The notes below the pieces were generated by a model. That model worked only from the letters and a program-made list of their open reading frames with translations, searched no databases and was not told where the DNA came from. This document shows, in pieces, positions 29,249 to 36,498 of a DNA stretch of 64,000 nucleotides; position 1 is the stretch's first letter; the number at the start of each line of letters is the position of its first letter. A program made the position numbers and the translations under genes. Origin of the DNA: an uncultured bacterium (GTDB lineage Bacteria; Fermentibacterota; Fermentibacteria; Fermentibacterales; JCC-6); contig CBDUZS010000004.1 in the NCBI GenBank assembly GCA_965371785.1, positions 1,963 to 65,962 of the forward strand, written 5' to 3'.

Positions 29249-29529
29249 TTCGGATTCAGGAATTCCAGTGACACCGGAAATGTAGCCAATCGCTCTCCGG
29301 GGGACGTAACCGAAATGATCCTGTGCGGACTGCAGTAATGGGATCAGCTCACCCGGAGCACCGTCGTATCGCCAGAGACGGTAACTGAAATTCTCCTGCT
29401 TGACAGCCGTGGTTTCCTCTCCCTTCTCCAGCTTTCGACGGGCTGGATCATCCTCTATCCGTTACGTTCCGACCGGTCATGGCAGACGGGTCGAAACCAT
29501 CGCATTTCAGGTTGGGTTTACCGGGAGGC

Positions 29530-30522
29530 TCAGTCCTCCATCAGCTTGATGACCCTTGCTTCGCGTACGCGGAGAACGCCATCGATCTGGTTCAGTTTCT
29601 CGATAATCCTGGGTGTACGACCCACTGCGCCATGCCCGGTTATCATGCCTACGAGTTTCGAGCCATTCTCGATAACATCGCAGAAGAGAACTCCTTCGAT
29701 GAAGAAGACCGTCGTGAAGATCGTCTGGATTGCGTCCTTGTCGATATCGACGATTATGTAGCTTGTCGTTCCCGGCTGCTTCAGAGCGCTTGCCCTGGCA
29801 CTTCTCTTTACCGCTTTCTCGTACACATCGATGAACTCGTTTACATCCCTGTCCAGTTTCGGTCTTTCTATCTGCGACAGGGAGGACACTTCGATGCCAT
29901 CCATGGCAGCGATTCGAGCGAACAGCTCCTTTATCTCATCCTGGGAGGATGCCTGGGCAAGGATGATGATATCGAAGTCACCTCTGACCGCCTCGCAGGT
30001 CTGGATACCATCCATCATGTAGAGATCGGTGAATATCTCCATGCTCCGGTCGGTATCCGTGATACGTATGGTGAGGTACGCACTGACCGATTCGCGTATT
30101 GCAGGTTCATCCGCCGATGTGCCATCCCTGCTCTCGACACCGGTTGTGCCCGGTGAGAGTTCATCGAGGGCACTCACCAGCTCGGATATCTCGAACGGTT
30201 TGTCGAGGTACCCGGTGTTGTGCTCGGAAAGCGCGGTAGCCATCAATCTTTCATCACCGAATCCCGTTATCACCAGCACTGGAAGATCCGGATACTGGTT
30301 CTTAATGACCTTGAGGATCTTCAGCCCGTCGATATCCGGCATGAAGATGTCGGTTACGAGGTAATCGTAGGTTACGCCCTCTTTCCTTGCCCTGTTGAGC
30401 TCGTGGATTGCCGAGATGCCATCGGGACAGGCAACTGCTGTGTAATCCTCCTGAGTGAGACCGATGGTGAGATTCCGCCTGATCTCGGCCTCGTCATCGA
30501 TAATCAGTACTCGGCCTTTCAA
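29530..30522 (-). CDS. Response regulator: receiver domain plus two C-terminal ACT-like domains
   Basis: VLIIDDE, DYLVTDIFMPDIDG and LVITGFG receiver motifs. Two C-terminal beta-alpha-beta-beta-alpha-beta repeats (YLTIRITD.. and YIIVDIDK..). No DNA-binding domain is evident. Confidence 0.6.
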   Translation of the reverse strand: MKGRVLIIDDEAEIRRNLTIGLTQEDYTAVACPDGISAIHELNRARKEGVTYDYLVTDIFMPDIDGLKILKVIKNQYPDLPVLVITGFGDERLMATALSEHNTGYLDKPFEISELVSALDELSPGTTGVESRDGTSADEPAIRESVSAYLTIRITDTDRSMEIFTDLYMMDGIQTCEAVRGDFDIIILAQASSQDEIKELFARIAAMDGIEVSSLSQIERPKLDRDVNEFIDVYEKAVKRSARASALKQPGTTSYIIVDIDKDAIQTIFTTVFFIEGVLFCDVIENGSKLVGMITGHGAVGRTPRIIEKLNQIDGVLRVREARVIKLMED

Positions 30523-30618
30523 TGGGACCCTCCTAATTAATGGTTATCCTGCAGTGGAGTAAACGCTACAGGCCGCCCACCGTTGAAGTCAAGCTGTTTC
30601 TTCCCTTCTGCGCCCGCA

Positions 30619-32085
30619 CTACTGGTGTACGGCATCGGTAACATCCATTGCTTCTGCCAGATTGCTCCATCTTCCCGTATTCAGAAAGATGTTCATGGCT
30701 TTCGCAGCCGTTCGCCCATGACCCATTGCCAGGATCACCGTGGCTGCTCCAAGGACTATGTCTCCTCCCGCAAACACTCCTCTTACGGATGTCTGTCCGG
30801 TTTCCTCGTTAATGATAATCCCGCCCCACCTCGTAACCTCCAGCTCGGGGAATACACTGGGGACAAGAGGGTTGGGGCTGTTGCCGATTGCGACCAGAAC
30901 CGCATCCGTTTCGAGAATGTACTCGGAGCCCTCAATGGGAATCGGTCTTCTCCTGCCGGAGGAATCCGGTTCACCGAGTTCCATTCGAATGACTTCCATG
31001 CTCTTGACCCAGCCTGAGTCATCACCGATGAGCCGAACAGGATTGTTCAGGAGGTGGAACTCGATGCCCTCTTCCCGGGCATGGTGGATCTCCTCGAGCC
31101 TTGCAGGCATCTGTTCCTCCGCCCTCCTGTACACGATCAGCGAATGCTCTGCTCCAAGCCTGAGAGCTGTTCTGGCGCAGTCCATCGCCACGTTGCCGCC
31201 ACCGACGGTTACTACCTTTTTCGCTCGGAAGATGGGAGTGTCAGCGCGTGGAAACTCGTAAGCCTTCATGAGGTTCGCCCTGGTGAGGTACTCGTTGGCG
31301 GAGTACACTCCGAGAAGGTTCTCTCCAGGGACCTTCATGAACCTCGGAAGGCCCGCTCCCGTTGCGATGAAAACGGAATCGAATTGATCGATGAACACAT
31401 CCATCGGCGTTGTCATGCCTACAACGAAGTTGTACCTGAATTTGACACCGAGGCTCTCGAGGTAGTCGACTTCCTTCTGCACAATGGCCTTGGGAAGCCT
31501 GAACTCCGGGATGCCGTACACCAGCACGCCGCCAGCCTTGTGGAGAGCCTCGAAAACGGTAACCTCGTGACCGTTCTTCACGAGATCTCCCGCAACGGTC
31601 AGACCCGCAGGACCCGAACCGACAACCGCCACTGTCCTGCCGGTAGGTTTTGCCGGCTCGGGCAGCTCGAATCTGTTCTGCTCCCTTTCCCAGTCGGCGA
31701 GAAATCTTTCCAGTTTTCCTATCATCACCGAATCGCAGGGATTCTTTCTAGCCTTTCCGACCGTGCAGGTAAGCTGGCACTGTTCCTCCTGGGGGCAAAC
31801 TCTACCGCAAACTGCCGGCAGCAGATTCCCGTCCTTGAGGATGCGGACACCCTTCTGGAAGTCTCCCTCTTCGATCGCTCCGATGAACCCCGGGATGTCG
31901 ATCCTTACCGGGCAGCCATCGACACAGAACGGAATCTTGCATTGAAGGCACCTCTTTGCCTCCTGTATCGCCATTTCAGGGGTGTAGCCGAGAGGCACTT
32001 CCTTTACATTCTTCACCCTGTCCTCTGGAGCCTGTTCCGGCATGTCTACGGGTGGAATTGCGAGCCTTTCCTTTGCGCTCAGCAT
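30619..32085 (-). CDS. nfnB: NfnB / GltD-family NADPH-dependent FAD oxidoreductase subunit (NADH-dependent reduced ferredoxin:NADP+ oxidoreductase large subunit-like)
   Basis: CLQC..CVDGCP and CGRVCP Fe-S motifs. VAVVGSGPAGL and VTVGGGNVAMD dinucleotide motifs. The start overlaps nfnA by 7 nt. Confidence 0.75.
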   Translation of the reverse strand: MLSAKERLAIPPVDMPEQAPEDRVKNVKEVPLGYTPEMAIQEAKRCLQCKIPFCVDGCPVRIDIPGFIGAIEEGDFQKGVRILKDGNLLPAVCGRVCPQEEQCQLTCTVGKARKNPCDSVMIGKLERFLADWEREQNRFELPEPAKPTGRTVAVVGSGPAGLTVAGDLVKNGHEVTVFEALHKAGGVLVYGIPEFRLPKAIVQKEVDYLESLGVKFRYNFVVGMTTPMDVFIDQFDSVFIATGAGLPRFMKVPGENLLGVYSANEYLTRANLMKAYEFPRADTPIFRAKKVVTVGGGNVAMDCARTALRLGAEHSLIVYRRAEEQMPARLEEIHHAREEGIEFHLLNNPVRLIGDDSGWVKSMEVIRMELGEPDSSGRRRPIPIEGSEYILETDAVLVAIGNSPNPLVPSVFPELEVTRWGGIIINEETGQTSVRGVFAGGDIVLGAATVILAMGHGRTAAKAMNIFLNTGRWSNLAEAMDVTDAVHQ

Positions 32086-32939
32086 CCCTGATCACCTCCC
32101 TCGTTACACTTGCAGCCGCTTCGCGAGTAGTGATCCATGGCCTGTGATTCATGCTCGATGTATGAACTGAGCCTCAGTGTAAGCTCGTCGAAATCGACTC
32201 CGTGTCCGTCGAATTCAGGGCCGTCTACGCATGCGAATTTCGTCTCGCCGTTGACCGTGACGCGGCAGCAGCCGCACATGCCGGTACCGTCTATCATTAT
32301 CGGGTTCAGGCTCACTACCGTAGGGATACCGAGCTCCTTGGTGAGCAGACTTACGAATTTCATCATAACCGGGGGACCTATGGCAAACACCTGATGAATC
32401 TTCTCGCCCCGGTCCGAGACCATCTGGATTGCATCCGTGACAAGCCCCTTCATTCCGTAGCTTCCATCATCAGTGGTGATAATCACTTCGTCGCTGACAC
32501 CAGTCATCTCCTCTTCGAGGATAAGGAGATTCCGGGAACGGGCGCCGAGAATGCTGATAATCCTGTTGCCTGCCTCCTTGAGAGCCTTCGTTATCGGGTA
32601 CAGGGGAGCGTTGCCGATACCGCCTCCCACGCACAGAACGGTACCTACCTTCTCGATATGTGTTGCTTTGCCCAGAGGTCCGGTAACATCGGGTATGGAA
32701 TCACCCTCTTCGAGCCTGGACATCTGAACGGTGCTCTTCCCGACAGCCTGCACTACGAGCGTTATCGTTCCCTCATCGGGATCCGAATCAGCGATGGTGA
32801 GCGGGATTCGTTCCCCTTCTTCACATATTCTCACGATAACGAACTGACCCGGTTTTCTGTACCTGGCGACTTCAGGCGCGGTTATCCTGTACCTGTGGAT
32901 ATCCGGTCCGAGTATTTCCTTGGATACGATCACATGCAT
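32079..32939 (-). CDS. nfnA: NfnA / SudB-like FAD + [2Fe-2S] subunit (PyrK-like fold)
   Basis: The start is ATG 32939 (MHVIVSKE) with GGAGGTG RBS. The track's 32957 is rejected. Motifs CVGGGIGNAPL and CGCCRVTVNGETKFACVDGPEF. Confidence 0.75.
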   Translation of the reverse strand: MHVIVSKEILGPDIHRYRITAPEVARYRKPGQFVIVRICEEGERIPLTIADSDPDEGTITLVVQAVGKSTVQMSRLEEGDSIPDVTGPLGKATHIEKVGTVLCVGGGIGNAPLYPITKALKEAGNRIISILGARSRNLLILEEEMTGVSDEVIITTDDGSYGMKGLVTDAIQMVSDRGEKIHQVFAIGPPVMMKFVSLLTKELGIPTVVSLNPIMIDGTGMCGCCRVTVNGETKFACVDGPEFDGHGVDFDELTLRLSSYIEHESQAMDHYSRSGCKCNEGGDQGC

Positions 32940-33015
32940 ATCTGGGGCACCTCCCACAATGATGAATCACCGATCTTTCTCCGGTCGAGTGCGGGCTGGA
33001 AACAGAAAAAGACCG

Positions 33016-33039
33016 GCTACGGTCTTTTCAGGGGATAAT
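33016..33039. terminator. Bidirectional rho-independent terminator (A5-GACCG-GCTA-CGGTC-T4)
   Basis: Perfect 7-bp stem flanked by an A-tract and a T-tract. It lies ~70 nt downstream of the relic minus-strand gene end at 33106, and upstream of the nfnA start. Confidence 0.6.
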
Positions 33040-33099
33040 CAGTGTATGTAAATATCGAACAGGATCTCCTCCGTAAACGTTCATTAAAAGATGCGATTC

Positions 33100-33198
33100 G
33101 CCTTCTCATTCCGTCTGCTCGAAACCAGCCGATCGCTTAAGCATAACTCCTTTACCCGATCTTCCGTCAATCATCACTTTCACCGGATATTCGAGCAT
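33100..33198 (+). repeat. ~100-nt direct repeat copy A: relic 3' end of a PPDK_N-family gene on the minus strand (partner at 36400..36498)
   Basis: The shared core CTACCCGATCTTCCGTCAATCATCACTTTCACCGGATATTCGAGC is identical in both copies. On the minus strand it encodes LEYPVKVMIDGRSGKGVMLKRS, which matches the C-terminus of the 36403..39384 protein. Confidence 0.7.
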
Positions 33199-33372
33199 GA
33201 ACGGATCTGCTTCGAGGATGGCTGTCTCTTGACCCGCCAGCGCCGTCGGGGCATCTACAGAGAGCGGCACCAGATCCTCACACACCATCCGGAAGGATCG
33301 ATATTGAGGGACAGGAATCTCGACCGCATAGCAGGCAAGCGGGGAACCGACCCGATACCCCTCTACTCGCTA

Positions 33373-36303
33373 ATGTCCAGAAGGGTGGGACGCATCCTGC
33401 TCGTATCCAGCCTGTACGACTCGTTCACCCTGGAGGAGGACGGCAGATTCACTGAAATCCTCTTCTCAGAGTACCTCTCACTCAACCTCCGCTATGCCCC
33501 CAGGGTTACCAGGGTCTCCACAGCCGAGGAGGCACTGGAACTTATTGGGAAGGAATTGTTCGACCTGGTCATCTCCATGGTAAGAGTGGGGTCCATGAAG
33601 ATCGAGCAGTTCAGCAGGGCGATCAAGGAGCTATGCCCGACCCTTCCCATTGTCGTGCTTGCGTACACTGCCAGGGACCTGGAGGTTCTCAGGGAGGCCG
33701 GAAGGCTGGAGTCCGTCGACAAAGCCTTCACCTGGCAGGGTGATGTCATGCTCTTCCTAGCCATTGTCAAATTGGTTGAGGACAGGCTTAACGTTGAGCA
33801 TGACTCGGAGATAGCAGGTGTGAAGTGTATCATCCTCGTCGAGGATTCCATCAGGTTCTGCTCCTCTTACATCCCCATGCTCTACACGGAGCTGATGGAG
33901 CAGACCCAGATACTCATGACCGATGGCGTTAACAATATGCAGAAGCTCATGCGCATGAGGGCACGCCCGAAAATTCTCCATGCAGAGACCTACGAACAGG
34001 CGCTGGACCTCTACCAGAGGTTCTCGAAGCATATCCTCGGCGTCATCCTTGACACCAGGTTCGAGCGGGAAGGAGCTGAGGATCCACATGCAGGCTTCGC
34101 CCTGGCCCGGGAGATAAGGATCGAGGACCCTGAATGTCCAATCCTCTTCCAGTCAACGGAAGAGGAGAACAGGACCGAAGCCCACAGGATGAATGCCGCC
34201 TTCATCGATAAGAACTCCCCTACGCTCCTGGCCGATCTGAGAGAGTTCATGAGGAGCTACCTCGGGTTCGGAGACTTCTTGTTCAGGAGCCCGGACGGCA
34301 GGGAGGAAGCCAGGGCAGCAGACATGAGGAGCCTGTATCACGCGGTCAGAGAGATCTCAGACGATAGTCTCCTTTACCATGCCAGAAGGAATGACTTTTC
34401 CACATGGTTGATGGCAAGGACCGAGTTTGACCTGGCACATGCGCTGAAGCCTCAGAAGGTGGAGGACTTCAAGTCGGTGGCCGACCTCAGGAACTACCTC
34501 CTCTCATCCCTGAAGGTCTGGAGGGAGAAGCACAGGGCAGGACAGGTGGAGGAGTTCTCGAATGAATCCTTCGATCTGGACACGGAGTTCGTGAAAATAG
34601 GCTCCGGGTCCCTTGGGGGGAAGGGCAGGGGGCTTGCCTTCGTGAACGCTCTGCTGAATGACTACCTCATCGACGAGAGGTTCCCGGACGTGAGCATCTC
34701 CATCCCTCCCACGGCTGTGATCGCCACTGATGTATTCGATAGCTTCATGGAAACGTCAGGATTGAAGGAGCTGGTTTTCGACCAGACCCTCGAAGAGAAG
34801 CTGAGCCCGTCAGGACGCGATTCCAGGGTGGCATCGGCCTTTGTCGAGACAGACCTTCCCGCCAAGGTCGTCAGGATACTCAAGGTGTTTCTGGAGAACG
34901 TCACCTATCCCATTGCAGTGCGCTCCTCCAGCCTCCTCGAAGATTCACCGGCTCAGCCTTTTGCCGGCATCTACAGCACGTACATGCTCCCGAACAACAG
35001 CTCCGATATAGCGGTGAGGCTGCACCAGCTCTGCGATGCAGTCAAGCTCGTTTACGCTTCAACCTTTTACTCCGATTCGGTCTCCTACATCGAGACAACT
35101 CCCAACAGGCTCGAAGAAGAGAGGATGGCGGTCGTCATACAGCAAGTCGTGGGTCAGGAGCACGGTGAAAGTTTCTATCCGAACCTGGCCGGTGTCGCGA
35201 GGTCATACAACTTCTATCCGCTGGAGGGCATGACGGAGGAAGACGGTGTAGTCTCCGTGGTCCTGGGGCTCGGCGGGACTGTAGTAGAGGGAGGGAAGTG
35301 CATCCGCTTCTCCCCCGCAGCACCTAAGAGGCTCTACCAGTTCTCGTCGACTGATGAATTCCTGAGGAACTCCCAGAGAGATTTCCTGGCTCTGAACCTC
35401 GGCGGGATCTCCGGAGAGCCAACCGTCAACCCGGGGGATGACCCGCACCTGGAGAAGCTTGACCTTGAACGTGCTCAGAAGGATGGCACACTTCTGCCTG
35501 TGGGCTCCGTATACTCGACAGACAACGACATGATAATCGACGGCACCTACCGTCCAGGGGTCAAGCTGGTGACCATGGCGGGCGTACTGAAGGGAGACAG
35601 CTTCCCCCTCGCCCCAGTGCTGGGGTTCCTGCTGAAGATGGGAAAGGCGGCGTTCTCCTGTGAAGTGGAGATCGAGTTTGCCGTGAACCTCCCGCAAGGC
35701 AGTGGCAGCGGAAGGGGGGACTTCGGCTTCCTGCAGATACGACCGATGGGATTCAGCACCGAGATGGGTCCCGATCTCTCAGAAGTGGATACCTCCAGAG
35801 CCATCTGCGTCTCGCACAACGTCTTGGGCTACGGCGCGGTGGAGGGTATCAGGGACATCATCTACGTACCCGGTGAGAGCTTCCCGAGGAGCATGTCCCT
35901 GAAGGTGGCTGGAGAGATCGAGCAGATCAACCGTATGCTGAAGAAGCTTGATCGGCATTCCCTGCTCATCGGTCCCGGCAGGTGGGGTAGTACCGACAGC
36001 TGGCTCGGCATTCCAGTGAAATGGTCCCAGATATCCACGGTGAGGTGCTTTGTCGAGACGCCCCTCGAGGACATGGACGTGATACCCTCCCAGGGCTCTC
36101 ATTTCTTCCAGAACATCACGTCTCTCGGCCTCGGCTATTTCACAGTCTCGAGGTCCGAAGTCAACCTCCTCGACACCAGATGGCTGAGTTCCATCGATGC
36201 GGTTTTCTCCACAGAACATGTGAGACACATCAGGCTCGATAAACCTCTGGAGATACTGATGGACCGCAAGGTCAGGATGGGCGTTATACTGGAGGGAATA
36301 TGA
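33373..36303 (+). CDS. Receiver-domain-fused PEP-utilizer-N (pyruvate phosphate dikinase N-terminal ATP-grasp, PPDK_N) protein with a conserved unknown C-terminal domain
   Basis: The start is ATG 33373 (MSRRVGRILLVSS). The track's start at 33091 runs across the relic/terminator region. Pseudo-REC, then a REC with ILVEDS .. GVILDTRF .. QSTEE .. IDKNSP. PPDK_N signature GKGRGLAF and VRSSSLLEDSPAQPFAGIY. C-terminal LLIGPGRWGSTDSWLGIP ... SQGSHFFQN. Confidence 0.7.
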   Translation: MSRRVGRILLVSSLYDSFTLEEDGRFTEILFSEYLSLNLRYAPRVTRVSTAEEALELIGKELFDLVISMVRVGSMKIEQFSRAIKELCPTLPIVVLAYTARDLEVLREAGRLESVDKAFTWQGDVMLFLAIVKLVEDRLNVEHDSEIAGVKCIILVEDSIRFCSSYIPMLYTELMEQTQILMTDGVNNMQKLMRMRARPKILHAETYEQALDLYQRFSKHILGVILDTRFEREGAEDPHAGFALAREIRIEDPECPILFQSTEEENRTEAHRMNAAFIDKNSPTLLADLREFMRSYLGFGDFLFRSPDGREEARAADMRSLYHAVREISDDSLLYHARRNDFSTWLMARTEFDLAHALKPQKVEDFKSVADLRNYLLSSLKVWREKHRAGQVEEFSNESFDLDTEFVKIGSGSLGGKGRGLAFVNALLNDYLIDERFPDVSISIPPTAVIATDVFDSFMETSGLKELVFDQTLEEKLSPSGRDSRVASAFVETDLPAKVVRILKVFLENVTYPIAVRSSSLLEDSPAQPFAGIYSTYMLPNNSSDIAVRLHQLCDAVKLVYASTFYSDSVSYIETTPNRLEEERMAVVIQQVVGQEHGESFYPNLAGVARSYNFYPLEGMTEEDGVVSVVLGLGGTVVEGGKCIRFSPAAPKRLYQFSSTDEFLRNSQRDFLALNLGGISGEPTVNPGDDPHLEKLDLERAQKDGTLLPVGSVYSTDNDMIIDGTYRPGVKLVTMAGVLKGDSFPLAPVLGFLLKMGKAAFSCEVEIEFAVNLPQGSGSGRGDFGFLQIRPMGFSTEMGPDLSEVDTSRAICVSHNVLGYGAVEGIRDIIYVPGESFPRSMSLKVAGEIEQINRMLKKLDRHSLLIGPGRWGSTDSWLGIPVKWSQISTVRCFVETPLEDMDVIPSQGSHFFQNITSLGLGYFTVSRSEVNLLDTRWLSSIDAVFSTEHVRHIRLDKPLEILMDRKVRMGVILEGI

Positions 36304-36399
36304 TCCCCCCTCCACTCCGTCGCCCCATCCGCTTGCTTACCTTCTGCTGAACACTGCCTGTTGCGATTGACATGAGGAGGCTGCTAAAATCAAATGGTC

Positions 36400-36498
36400 T
36401 TTTCATTCGATCCGCTCGAGATCAGACGATCTCTTGAGCATTACTCCTCTACCCGATCTTCCGTCAATCATCACTTTCACCGGATATTCGAGCCTGAT
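36400..36498 (+). repeat. ~100-nt direct repeat copy B, forming the genuine 3' end of the minus-strand gene 36403..39384
   Basis: See copy A; about 90% identity over ~95 nt. Confidence 0.7.

Noticed and set aside
33091-33372. N-terminal extension of the PPDK_N gene proposed by the ORF track (MRFAFSFRLLE...)
   Set aside because: This stretch overlaps the minus-strand relic of a paralog's C-terminus and lies next to a terminator. The ATG at 33373 matches the N-terminus of the convergent paralog (receiver-like domain start) and is preferred.
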